Source: Pseudovirgaria hyperparasitica (lineage: Eukaryota). Taken from it: a DNA stretch of 64,000 nucleotides. Shown here piece after piece: positions 1 through 12,199 of the stretch. The stretch is taken from NCBI GenBank assembly GCA_010093815.1, contig ML996568.1; one strand, written 5' to 3'. The notes beneath the pieces were generated by a model. That model was not told the origin of the DNA and did no database searches. It was given only the letters and a program-made list of their open reading frames with translations. Made by a program: the position numbers and the translations under genes. Numbering within the stretch: the stretch's first letter is position 1; the number at the start of each line of letters is the position of its first letter.

Positions 1-759
1 GCAAGTGTGTGGTGGAGTTTCATGAAAACCGCCTCATCCAATGATCCAGATGCCGATACCGAAGACACACTCATGAAAGCTTTTTATACCTTGCAAAACA
101 CAACAAGTCCCGACGATCTACAGATCGATTTGGACGTACCACGAACTATCAACCACCATGAAATGTTTGGACAAAGATACCGAGGGGGTCAGCGACTTCT
201 CTTCCGCGTTCTTCATGCGCTGTCCCTCTACCTCCCTGATCTTGGCTACACCCAGGGCATGGCAGCGATTGCGGTTACACTCTTATGTTATTTTCCAGAG
301 GAGAGAGCTTTTATCATGATGATACGCATTTTCAAATATCGAGGCCTCGCAGACTTGTACAAGCCTGGATTCGAGGGCTTGATGGTGTGCCTAGAGCAAT
401 TCGAGAAGAAATACCTCTCGAAAAAGCCCTTGATAGCCGCGAAACTTGAAAACCTGGGCATTTCGCCAACAACATATGGCACGCGGTGGTACCTTACACT
501 TTTCAATTACTCGATACCCTTTCATTGTCAGTTGCGGATTTGGGACCTATACATGTTGCTGGGGTTTGGAGTTTTGCACGCGGCAAGTGCTGCCTTGGTG
601 GATGCCTGCAGGGAGGTTTTGGAGATGGAGAGCAGCGACTTTGAGAATGCGATGAAGCTGTTGACGGGCTTTATTACGGTCAAGGATGAGGATTTCTTGA
701 TTGCTACCACGAAGGCTGAGTGGCAGCTTGAGAAGAAGGCGCAGAAGGCGGCGCGATAG
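1..759 (+). CDS. TBC-domain Rab GTPase-activating protein, 5'-truncated by the window edge
   Basis: Frame open from position 1. TBC motifs QIDLDVPRT (Arg finger), GYTQGM (Gln finger), RWYLTLF and LRIWD. Confidence 0.9.
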   Translation, partial: ASVWWSFMKTASSNDPDADTEDTLMKAFYTLQNTTSPDDLQIDLDVPRTINHHEMFGQRYRGGQRLLFRVLHALSLYLPDLGYTQGMAAIAVTLLCYFPEERAFIMMIRIFKYRGLADLYKPGFEGLMVCLEQFEKKYLSKKPLIAAKLENLGISPTTYGTRWYLTLFNYSIPFHCQLRIWDLYMLLGFGVLHAASAALVDACREVLEMESSDFENAMKLLTGFITVKDEDFLIATTKAEWQLEKKAQKAAR

Positions 760-1310
760 ATGGCACATGGGAGATGGGAGACTGGACAACGTGGGGAACG
801 AACGGGTAATGGGAAATGAACACACAAAACCAATTAATGTATTCTTAATTGTCCCCCCCCCGGAAACCAAGAACTCGAAAATTACATCAGGATTTTTGGA
901 TCGTGCTCAAAGGAGCTTTGATATTGAGTTGAGTGCTACTTTTGTGAGATTGTGGACTTGTCATAATCATGCGTGCTTGTGCCGGTATATATATATATAT
1001 CTCTTCCATGATGGTTAGAATAGCTATGCAAGCTGAACGGAACTGAACTTGCGGGCTATTAAACATCTTACGACTGACTTTGTGAAACGGGTAGATCGCA
1101 CAGCAAAGCTAGCCACACATCCTGTAATCAACCAACAAAACCGCTAATTGTGCGGAGTGAAGACAAGATTTGTAGGTTTGCTATGATTACAGATCTGCAC
1201 GGACGGACATCACATGCTCTCACTTTTTCTAACAACTTGAGATATAACTGTACATGCATGAACCAACCATTCTCCCACCCCCCTAGACACTTATTCACTC
1301 ACTAACTCAC

Positions 1311-1365
1311 TTGCTTGCTTGCCTTGCCCTGCCTTGCCTTGCCTTGCCTTGCCTTGCCTTGCCTT
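1311..1365. repeat. (CCTTG)n pentanucleotide microsatellite
   Basis: About 10 near-perfect tandem copies between convergent genes. Confidence 0.9.
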
Positions 1366-1412
1366 ACTCTGCGTGCCAGAGCAAATTCCAGCCCCCCCTC
1401 CCTCACCCCAAC

Positions 1413-4400
1413 TCACACGACAACCTCAAGACTCAGCATCCAGTTATCAAACTCATGATAGAAACTCGGCGCCACGCGGGGCTTCCCCTGCAGCATAGTC
1501 TGCAAGTACACCATCGCAACCTCCTCGCGAAACTGCACGCCCTTGGCGACCAACAAGCGGCAAAACAGCAGACTGGCGAGACTACACGCCTTGAGCCAGC
1601 GGGCAGCGACGCCGGCGCCAGCGTCACCAGGTCGGCGGACCGCGGCGTGGACGGCGAGTAAGCCTGCTTTGGCGTCTTGGGTGTCGACGACGGGCTGGTT
1701 GCGGCCTTTCGCGCCGTCGGCATAGGTCTTGAGAAGGGTGAAGGCTTTGTTGCTGAGCTGGGGGCTGCTCGTGGAGCGGATGCAGCGGAGGAGGGAGGGG
1801 ATGAGGGCGAGGGCGAGCGGGCTGCTGCGTTCGCGCTTGACGAAGAGGAGGAGGAGGTCGAGGACGCGGTTTTTGAAGTTGAGGACTGTGGCGCGGGCGT
1901 CGCGGCGTTGGCGGGCGGGTTTGGCTGTTGGGCCGGCTGCTTTGGCGCGCTGGGCGAAGATGGAGCTGAGGGCGGCGTCGGTGGCGAGCATGGCGTCTGA
2001 GTCGAGGGAGGATGCTGAGGAGGCTGGGGATGCGGAGCGTGAGCGGTTGGGGTCGAAGGGGGTTGTGCCGAGGGCGAGGGCGAATTTGCGGTTGAATTCG
2101 GCGGCTTCGTCTTCGTTGTCGTCGTCGTCGTCAGAGGCGGAGACGGCGGAGTCGGAGGATTGGGCGTCGTCGTTGTCGGAGAGCATTTCGACATCGGAGG
2201 CGGCGGCACCATCGATAGAGGCGGCGTCGGAATCTGAGGCTTCGTCGTCCATGTCGGATGCGTCTTGCTGGAAGAGCTCTTTCTGGCCGCTGACAGTCTC
2301 GCTGGTGTCGAGGATGGCGGTCATGGATGCAAGGGACTGGGGGGTTAGGTCTGCCGCAAAGGCAGAGAAGACTTGTTCGGACAGACTGCGTGATAGGGCG
2401 GATGGGCGCGCGGCAAAGCTGAGTATGAGCTCGAAGAGCACATCGAATCCATCCGAGGTCGCGTTGGCACCTTCTGTTATAGACTCGTAACACTGTTTAA
2501 GTTCGTCCAATATCGATACAGCGTCGGGATCGCCGTTGTACACTTGCAGTACTGACATCGATCCAAGAAGCTTCAACGCATTGAGACTGCTGGCTGAAGC
2601 CCCTCCTTTCGCCTTACGGCTCTAGAGCAGGATTAGCAAGTCAAACTGTGGACAGACTTCGGGTGTTTCTCACTTCTTTGTCGATATTTTTCAGCATCTT
2701 GTGAGCCTTCTTCAGACTCTTTGTGATATCTTTGCTCGCCTGAAAGATGAACTCCTGTTTCTCATCCTCTGCTGTGCGCGAGATGAATGCAACGAGTTGG
2801 AAAGCTATCGTCCCAACATTAGTGACCCCCTGAGAGATCAGATGTGTCAAGCATGACAATGTTCTGTCCTTCAACAGAGAACGGTCAGCATCCACGAGTG
2901 GTGGTGACGGCAGATGCTTTGTGGCAGTTTCACTCGGTCGAAAGTACGCAAACTTTGCCAACACTTGAAGGGTCTTGAGATACCACGAGTCCATAGGCTC
3001 AACTTCTTCAAAGTCCGGCTTCGTTCGTTGCCGAATGATGTTCAGCAGCAAGTCTCCGGCAATATGGCGTTGTGTTTCAGCCTCTGTTGCTTCCTCTGCA
3101 GCCGGCTTTACAATTTTCGACTCCAGAAATTCCGTGGTCTCGGACAAAGTGCCATGGTCTGCATGCTTGAGACAGTTTTCAACGGTCTTGGACTTGGTCA
3201 CTCTGTCGAAATCCAAAGATCCGTTGTGTGTCATCAATTCAGGTACAATAATGCGGGCAGACTCGGGCTCCCTATGCACTCTTGAGGACACTTCCTTCAG
3301 TGCTGATTTTGCAGCGGCGTGTAACATCCTGTCAGGCTCCTGGCACTGGTTGATGATACAACGCATAAGATTGGGACTGAAGATCGCCTTAAGAGATGAC
3401 ACTGGCGCTGTCTTGAGCATGTTCATGAATATCTGTAGACCACAGGACTTTCGTTTAGGTGTCGAAGTATTTGTGAACATGTTCTCTGCGAGAAGGTCAG
3501 TGGTAGCCTTTTCGCGCGTATAGAACCCTGAGACCTACGATCTACGATTTGTTTCCAGAACTTTTTGAACTCTACCTCGTCCATGACGCTCAATGCAGAC
3601 ATCAGCACGACGTCCCAGGCGAAGCTAGGTGCAGATCGTGCGTATCCAGATTGGGTCTTCTTTTGACTTCCATTGGCAGAGACTTTTTCGACAGTGTCTT
3701 TGAAGTTTTCGCGCATAACTTGAGCTAGTGTGTGTCGCTCCTTGGAGCAGAGGGGATCATTCTCATGCCAAATATTCGGTGGCAATTCGGAATCGCCAAA
3801 CTTTGACTTATACGCTATCCATATCGCAACACCCTCAGGCGTCTTGAGCATATCATTCGCGTTCATACCTTCCATTAGTTTCTGAATGTACGGGCTCGGG
3901 TCCTTCACTTTGTCGAAGTTCTTTGCAGCATCACAGAGCATCAGACCCGCATTTTCGCGAAGATTCGGAGTAGTCTTTGCAATCTCAAACGCATATTCCA
4001 ATATCGCTGACCAGTGCTCCAAAGAGATGGCCGCGGAGGATTGCAGAATTGCTGAGAGGCCGAACGCTTGGCCTAGAAGAAGAGACTGTTTTTCTTCCTG
4101 TATGATCATTAAATGGGCATCCCTTTCCAGTCCCAAGGTATACTAACCTTGTTCTCTCCATCTCCAGTTGGGCTTGTCTGATTTACGACAAAGCGAATGA
4201 ATTCGCTAAGATTCCAAGGCACTTCAGCCTGCGTAGTTTCCACGGACCCATAAAGTTGTGACACCAATTCCGTCAGAACGAGCGAGAAACCAATGCGGGC
4301 AGATTTTCTATTGCTACCCAGTCCTCTCGTCAATCGCCGTAGGACCTTCTCTATGAGTGCGTTATCGTTTTGAGTCTTCGTATCAACTAGTCGTAACAAA

Positions 4401-4642
4401 TCCTTGGCAGCTTTCAGACGTGTCTCTGAATCTTCAGATGCCAGATTGTCAAGTAGATTCGCTAGCTCCGCGTCAGCTTCCGAGTAAACCGACTTCTTCT
4501 TCCCTGGCGCTGCTGATCCATTCACAGCTGGCCGGGCTGAAGATTCTGCGTGGCCATTTTGATGGGCTTTCTTTTGTCTTTTCTCCGAAAGATTCCCAGC
4601 AGGCTTTTCAGTATCAGCGTTCTGCTTTCTCTTAGTACCCAT
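1413..4642 (-). CDS. POL5: DNA polymerase phi / Pol5 (MYBBP1A-like) rDNA transcription and ribosome biogenesis factor; 4 exons (4642-4148, 4097-3539, 3485-2674, 2621-1413)
   Basis: Motifs LRRLTRGLGSNRKSARIGFSLVLTE, FSPNLMRCIINQ, acidic tract, LSSIF..R, FKNRVLDLL. GT-AG introns join four ORFs in frame. Confidence 0.9.
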
Positions 4643-4939
4643 GGTCGGTCACGGGACAATAAAAGATTGTCTGCTTGTGTTGACGTCGCAAATCTATATC
4701 GAAGCTTTTTTTCCACACTAAAACACGAACTACGCTAGAGCATATACGGCTAGTTCATGTATAGGTAGGGTTGACCCCCACGCGCCGCCCCGCGATAGCC
4801 CCACTCCAATACTCAAGGCTGCCTCAATTCATATGAATGCCTCCAGCTGCTTCCGGGACACATTCCCCTACCCATCTAATCCTGTACTCTTACCTTCGCA
4901 GATACAGACCTCAAAGACCAAGATCAAAATTCCACAGCT

Positions 4940-5947
4940 ATGCCTCCCTCCTCGTCTCTGATAGTACGCAGCAGCCTTACCAAACCGCCATCGAGATGCT
5001 TACATCACCCTTCTTAGAACCGACTGAAAGTCCAACTCAAAATGTCCATATCGCGTTTGCGGATGGTTCAACAGAAAGATACTGCACTTGCAAAACAACA
5101 ACGGCGAGCGCTCTCACAGCTTGTCGAGCAAGGCAAGCTCGAATCGGCACGAATTCGCGTCGAAAACATAATCCGCAGCGACATCACCACCGAACTTCAC
5201 GAGATTCTTGAACTGTACTGCGAATTGCTACTCGCACGCAGTCAACTACTCGATCCCCCTTCCACATCCACCGCACCCTCCTCACCATCTACATATTGTG
5301 ACCCAGGTCTTGAAGAGCCAGTACGAAGCCTTATATATGCCGCGCCACGGACTGAGGTAAAGGAATTGCACATGGCACGGAATATATTGATAGAGAAATT
5401 CGGAAAGGAGTTTGCTCTGAGTGCTATGGAAGGCGAGGGCGTCGCAGAGCGTGTACTGAAGAAGCTGAAAGTGGAAACGCCAAGCAGAGACCTCGTGGAT
5501 GCCTATCTGGGCGAGATATGCAAAGCTTATGGAGTGCCCTTCGGCTCAGACAACACCGAGGATGATGGTAATGAGTCGGATGGGGACGGCGGGGGTCAAC
5601 GAGCGAAGCAGGAAAGCGAGCTGGGTTTAGAACCAGCACTTGAAGCAGAGTCAGGGGCTACGAATACTTCGACCAGCGATAAAAAGGGAGAGGAGGTGGA
5701 TGAGCTGAAGAAAGCAAAGGCGCCAAAGAGTCTAGGGCCTGGCAGTCCGTTACGCATTGCGCCGTCAAGCCCAAGCTCGGAGAACCCAACACCGCGGATA
5801 AGAATGCCAGGACAGACAGGGAAGGAGCCAGTGTCGGCAGTGAAGAAGACTCCAACGGCGGCAGCGAAGAAGAAGGATGATGGGCCGGGCGGGAAGATTC
5901 CAGATGTTGATGAGTTGGCGAAGAGGTTTGCAGCGTTGAAACGATGA
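4940..5947 (+). CDS. IST1: IST1, ESCRT-III-associated Vps4 regulator; intron 4964-5017
   Basis: LKVQLKMSISRLR, ARIRVENIIR, LELYCELLLAR, YAAPRTEVKEL and C-terminal MIM DELAKRFAALKR. Confidence 0.93.
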
Positions 5948-7065
5948 CCTTGACTCACGGCGTGGTCTAGTCTACGTACCCCGAATGGTACAACACGTTC
6001 GGCCGTAGCCATACTATTTTGCAACCAACGAAGCAATAACTATGGCCGGAATAACTGTGCAGGACCATACCAAACTCTGGCCGATTTCATCTATCTCATA
6101 GTCCTGTATTACATGTTTGTAATGGAGGCCAACCCCAGTGTCCCCTGGACTTTCAGGTCAACACCTAGTTGCTAACGTCTTTCCCCACGCACTATCAACT
6201 ATTGCTGTCTTTGATACCAGGGAGTATGTCAGCTGTGCGCATGCATCGCTGGAAAAATGCTACATTGTGTATATCAGATTAGAATTCACATCATTCCGTG
6301 GCTATATGATGTCATGGCTCGTAGGGGTACACCCCCTCAGGGTCCTTCTACGACCTCAAAACGTCTGTAATAGCTTTCTGTGGTGAACACAGAGAGTACC
6401 ACAAACAAATTTGAAATCACTGAGGTGTTGAGAAGTGCGGTCGTCAACATCGAGAATAGTGAACGTAGGTGACCAGTGTCATTCGCATTGTTGACAAAAG
6501 ACCTCGAGGGTGCCTCAGGCCAGGCACCCCCTACCAGCTGACTCGGGAGGCACCTGCAGCTCCACTACGTACGTTCCACCTTGTCTTTCCAGCGTTTTGA
6601 CACATTTCTCCATTCACTTCTCCACATCATCGCTGGCAAGCTTGCTCTGACAAATCCGTCTTTGTCTTTCTTTCATCGATGTGACGCTGCACTCCTCGGT
6701 TGCGCTATATTCTCCGCCGCCTCACCCTCGCCTCGAAACTTAGCATCAACACTCACCCCACCACAGTACTCTGTTCTACATTGTCCACTGCCTGACAGTA
6801 CCTCCCTTCTTTGTTCCGCCGGTTTCATTTCATCGACAAGTACCCAACAGCTCGGTCTCGCCCGGCTCCGGACGAGCACGAGCCACAAGCCGCATTCAAG
6901 ACGACGTCTCACGGCCAGAAACGCAAGGCGCCATCTGACACCGATTCTACCGCACATCTCATAAAGAAGAGGTCTAGTAAGCTGGACAGTGTCAGGGACA
7001 CAGATATCGTGAAGAGCGCGGGCACTGCGGAGCTGCCAGCTACGCCTCAGACCACAGGTTCCGGC

Positions 7066-8767
7066 ATGGATTCGGACGATGACATGCGTAGTGTACAGAG
7101 TAGTGACGACGATTTTATGGATGGGGGCGATAGCCCGTTTAGCGTTGATGATGATGACGGTATGTTCTAGACTTTACTGTTCTTCGACATCAAGGATCTG
7201 ACTTTACTGGGCAGACTCAGATATAGATCTGGATGACGGCATCGGCTTTGAAGCCCAAGACAAGGACATATATCCAGCCAAGAAATCCTATGAGGTCGAC
7301 TTTGATGTATTCGGTCCTGAGCAGATTCAGGCGCACCAGGACAGGCAGGTTGAGGAAGTCTCAAATATCCTGGGACAACCTACAGAATCCACAGCTATAC
7401 TCCTCCGATACGCAAAATGGAACAAAGAACGATTGATAGAATCCTACATGGATAGACAAGATGAAGTACTGGAAGCCGTTGGGCTCGGTTCGGATGCCAA
7501 TGTTCCCAGGAAAATTACAAAAGTCAAGGGATTCATATGTGACATATGTTGCGAAGATGACGCCGATTTGGACACTTTCGCTATGAAATGTGGGCATCGC
7601 TTTTGTGTAGACTGCTATAAACAATATTTGTCGCAAAAGATCAAAGAGGAGGGAGAGGCAGCGCGCATCAAATGCCCTGGAGATGGCTGCAATCGCACAG
7701 TCGATTCAAAGTCGCTAGACCTTCTTGTCGGCCATGACTTGCACGCTAGGTCTGTTACACAGGCTCCTCCGTATCGTGTCACACTAATCATTTTAGGTAC
7801 CACGAACTTCTCACCCGCACCTATGTCGACGACAAGGATAATCTGAAGTGGTGTCCGGCCCCGAACTGTGTATACGCCATAGACTGCAAAGTCAAGGCGC
7901 GAGACCTGATGCGAATAGTGCCGACCGTCCTCTGCAAATGCGGCCATCCCTTTTGCTTCGGCTGTACTCTCGCTGACCATCAACCTGCACCTTGCGCGCT
8001 TGTCAAGAAGTGGCTCAAGAAGTGTGAAGACGATTCCGAGACGGCAAATTGGATATCGGCAAACACAAAAGAATGCCCCAAATGCGGCTCCACGATCGAG
8101 AAGAATGGTGGTTGCAACCACATGACGTGCCGGAAATGCCGCCACGAGTTCTGCTGGATGTGCATGGGGATCTGGTCCGAGCACGGAACCAGCTGGTACA
8201 ACTGCAACCGTTTTGAAGAAAAGTCCGGCCACGACGCCCGTGATGCACAGGCCAAGTCCCGTCAGTCGCTTGAGCGCTACTTGCACTACTACAATCGCTA
8301 TGCAAACCATGAGCAGTCGGCAAAACTTGACAAGGACATCTACCTCAAGACGGAGAAGAAGATGACACAGTTGCAGGTTACAGCCAGCATGTCGTGGATC
8401 GAAGTGCAGTTTCTCGAGAGTGCAAGTCAGGCCCTGCAGCAGTGCCGGCAGACGCTGAAGTGGACGTATGCGTTCGCCTATTACCTTGCGCGCAACAACC
8501 AGACGGAAATCTTCGAGGATAACCAGAAGGACCTCGAGATGGCGGTGGAGAATCTGTCGGAGATGTTTGAGAAGAGCGTCGACCAGTTAGCCGGGCTGAA
8601 GGTCGACATGTTGGACAAGACGAGCTATTGCAACCGCAGACGGGTCATTCTATTGGAGCACACGGCAAATGATCTCAAGGCTGGTGAGTGCTATCGTGCT
8701 ATGGGGTCTTCTGTTCGTATACTAACTATCGTCAGGCAATTGGGAATTCAATGTTACGCTGACATGA
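7066..8767 (+). CDS. Ariadne-type RBR (RING-IBR-RING) E3 ubiquitin ligase; 3 introns (near 7160-7220, 7749-7796, 8684-8735)
   Basis: Acidic N-terminus MDSDDD, RING1 CDICC..CGHRFC, IBR WCPAPNC, RING2 KECPKCGSTIEKNGGCNHMTC, ariadne domain LERYLHYYNRY..LKWTY. Confidence 0.93.
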
Positions 8768-9289
8768 TGAAGCCGATTTCCTCCCATCCTAGCCACTCTG
8801 GCTTCAGCAAGGAGTTTTGGTATCTTACTACAACTTTCATCTCGCCTCACTTATTATGCTCTGTTTTCTTTTTGTTAAAGGAGTATTTACTCTTGCATGT
8901 CCGGAGCTCTATGATTTTTTTTGTGCACGGGATCATGGGGATGGCTGGGAAGCTTGCATTACACGAACCAGACCTCGATCGGGGGAGTCCGGTGGGACTA
9001 CGATGGTCTGACTTGCATTTTTTATCTTTCGACTGCGGAGCGTGTGGGATAGTCAAACGGCACAGTATTGTTCGGTCCGGAAGCGAATAGGGGTCGGGGA
9101 GCAGTATATGCTAGCATTAGTAGCGTCAGACAGACCGCAATGAGACAGACAGAAGACAGTCAGACAGCCAGACGACAGACAGACAATCATTTCGTGATTA
9201 TTTCGTGAAAGTAGCTAAGAACGCACGTAAATCGGAACGAAGTTCAAATGCGTCACCATGAGCTTAATTGTGTAACATGGTTTATGTTT

Positions 9290-9625
9290 TCCTATGCTCG
9301 ACATTAAGTCATTATTCTACCTTATTCTACCATATTCTACTTTATTCTAGCTTATACTACCTCCTCTTCTATCTTATTCTATCTTATTTAATTCTATTTT
9401 ATCAAAGAAATAGTACTTAAGTCTATAATAAGATACTTTAATACTATATATATACTCAATCTAGGCTGAAGATTATTCTAGATATGACTTGAGATATATT
9501 TTAAAGATAATTTCTATCTAGAGATAGACTATCTATTGTACTATTATATAAAGAGAGAATATATATATGAATATGAAGAGAGAGATATGTAGAGAGGGAA
9601 GAGAAAAGGTTAATGAAGATAAGTA
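9290..9625. repeat. AT/TpA-rich degenerate relic, RIP-like; includes short TTATTCTAC-type tandem units
   Basis: Abrupt drop in GC, excess TpA, no ORFs. Confidence 0.6.
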
Positions 9626-9778
9626 TGGTTTTTCAGGCGAGGTCTCGGTAAGGAAAAAGTGTGGCCCTTAGACACATACCGTCCACGGTATCATCCTTCA
9701 TTCTGAGCATTACTTCTTCTTTTTAAGCTTTCGCTTAAGCTTCTGCCTTACAAATCTTCCGATAGAAGGGTCGCTATA

Positions 9779-10990
9779 ATGGAGAATCGAAACATTGGAC
9801 CCGACGATATCATATTGAAAGAGATCTTCACGATTGACTTGCCAACAAAAACCACAGTCATTTTACAGGACTGGAATAAATGCGTGCTCAAGGCCGAATT
9901 TTCCAACGGCATCGAACCATGTATTGTCCGACTTGAGAGAGTAGCTGGTGAGTCCCGGATGTTTCCCATGATCGCTGCCCTGCAACAAGTCGCCGCGATG
10001 GTCATTCCCCATCTCGTGCCTCGTACGCTTCAGTTCGGCAAGGCCATGAATGCAGAGAAAGACGAGTTCCACTTCTCAGTAGTTGAGTTTATACGTGGTA
10101 GCACACTGGAAGAAGTATGGGGTACACTGAGTGAGGAAGAGCGGATTTCGGTGGTGGAAGAGCTTGGCGCAGCCCTGGAGAAGTTGCACTCCGTGCGGCC
10201 CGGGGATGATAACGTTCGGAGAGTCCTTCAGGACATGACATCCATTAACATGGAGGGGTTGGGTCCTCTCGAGCAGGCCGGGGTTTTCGGTGGTCCTGAA
10301 CTTGGCTTCTTCCAAGATGGGCCTTCTCTGCTAGAAGCGATCGAGAAAAGTCGACGACGCAAAACACCGGCTTGTACCCTTACGACTGGCGACATCTCGT
10401 CTGGGACCACGATCTTATCTCACTTCGACGAGATCGGAACAGCTACTGTAAACACATCTGACATGGAGACGTGGAAGTCAGAAGCTGTGCTTTGTCACAA
10501 CGACCTTACGCCTCGTAACCTCATTCTTCGATCATGCACCTCTCCTACCGGTGAGGTTCGCTATAAACTGGCTGGTATTATCGATTGGGAGTTTTCTGGA
10601 TTCTTTCCCGCCTCATACGAGCTCAGTCTACAAGACACATACTTTCCAACAGCTAATCGACACGTGTCTTACTATCTATTACTCAAAGAGCACTTGGGAA
10701 AGTTGACACCGCGAAGCTCTTCGCACACCACGCTCTCGAAGGCCATGGACCTCATCTACGAGTCTCAGCAGAGATCTTTGGTGGAAGGCAACAAGATCCC
10801 TGCGAAAATTCGCAAGAGGTTTCTTGAGACTCTGAAAATGGTCAAAGATGAAGATCCATATGTTGGTTGGCGCAGGTCTAGTCAAGAGACACCGTTCGAG
10901 GAACTCTCACAAGCGGAGTTTGTAAAATTAGAGAATGATGTGATTGAGGAGGTAGTTACTAAGAGAAAGGCGAGCGCGGGGACTACTTGA
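9779..10990 (+). CDS. Aminoglycoside phosphotransferase / choline-kinase-like protein, intronless
   Basis: 403-aa ORF with Brenner-type motif LCHNDLTPRNLIL, GIIDWEFSGFFP, VPR and LEKLHS. Confidence 0.85.
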   Translation: MENRNIGPDDIILKEIFTIDLPTKTTVILQDWNKCVLKAEFSNGIEPCIVRLERVAGESRMFPMIAALQQVAAMVIPHLVPRTLQFGKAMNAEKDEFHFSVVEFIRGSTLEEVWGTLSEEERISVVEELGAALEKLHSVRPGDDNVRRVLQDMTSINMEGLGPLEQAGVFGGPELGFFQDGPSLLEAIEKSRRRKTPACTLTTGDISSGTTILSHFDEIGTATVNTSDMETWKSEAVLCHNDLTPRNLILRSCTSPTGEVRYKLAGIIDWEFSGFFPASYELSLQDTYFPTANRHVSYYLLLKEHLGKLTPRSSSHTTLSKAMDLIYESQQRSLVEGNKIPAKIRKRFLETLKMVKDEDPYVGWRRSSQETPFEELSQAEFVKLENDVIEEVVTKRKASAGTT

Positions 10991-11389
10991 GATATCAGAT
11001 ATTTTTGGAGGGAAGAACCTCATAGACGAGCATTAATCGTGCCTTCATCGTACCCAATGTCATGCGCCGAGAAGGGATCGTGCGAGTTGTACGGCGCTTA
11101 TAATACCACCCCGGAATTTGGGGCTATTAGAATGGCTCAGCTAATTCTAGGCAGGCTATGGCAACTGATGCTTCGGAAATGAAATGGCTTAGCGGCTTCG
11201 ATAAGGAATTACGAGACTGGACCTAAGTTACTTGACTAACGCTAAGATTACAAATGAATCGTGTGGTCGAGGTTCACAATGCCTAATACGTCGTTCTAGC
11301 AGGTCTCTAGTTGTCAGCTAACCATTCATGAGTTCTGGTTATACTCGCCCTCCTTGCCATCGCTGCTAGAAGAGGGTAGAGTAATTAGT

Positions 11390-11690
11390 CATATTTCTAA
11401 AAAAAAAAATAATAGAATTAAGCCTAGTAAAGGCTTAACACAGATAATATAGAATAAATTATATATAGAAAAATAATAGATTCAAGAATATAGTAGAGCT
11501 ATATAGATTATAATCTATAAAAGTTAAAAGAAGTTATATTATCTAGAAGCTTAAGTCTATAAAGAGTTAAGTTAAGTATATAATACTAATAAGTAGTATA
11601 ATAGAGAGAGTAGTTCTTTCTATAGATATAAGTATCCAGAGAGATAGAAACCGTAGCTATAATAAGATAATGCTAGAGATTTGTAACACT
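11390..11690. repeat. AT/TpA-rich degenerate relic, RIP-like
   Basis: Very AT-rich with dense TA/TAG/TAA and no ORF. Confidence 0.6.
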
Positions 11691-12199
11691 GCGTTGATTG
11701 GATATAGAGACAAGTGAATTTAGGGAGAAAAGTGGACGAACCTGATAAGATGTTAGAAATGATACAGGGCGAGGGCTATTGTTTATATATCTATGCGTAG
11801 GTTTGGTCGCGTCTATTATTCAAGACGCCTCGCTGTGAGAGATGCTTGAGCGCGTCGAGCCACCCGCTAGGGCATGAATATTCGAAACATCTCCAGCACA
11901 AATAGGTATAGAGATATAAGACCTTAATTCAGATCTTTGGCTCCGCTCTTCGCTCTGTTTACATGACATGTGGATGGTAAGGGGCTGAAGTCGCCCGGGT
12001 CTCTTTCCGTGGCATTTCCTGGCGTGACGTAAGCTAAGATCCATCGTAATAGTTGAACCAAGCGCACTCCAATCCATTGTTTCCCATCCACCATCGCCTC
12101 CAATCATATAGGCCCACACGATATTCGACATGACAGCATCACGATTAACCCCGCCGAATCACACTCTAGAGAAGGACGACCCACGATCGACTCCGCAAA

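Noticed and set aside
8684..9090. C-terminal extension of the ariadne ORF to 9090
   Set aside because: It reads through a GTGAGT..CTAAC..CAG intron; the spliced gene ends at 8767.
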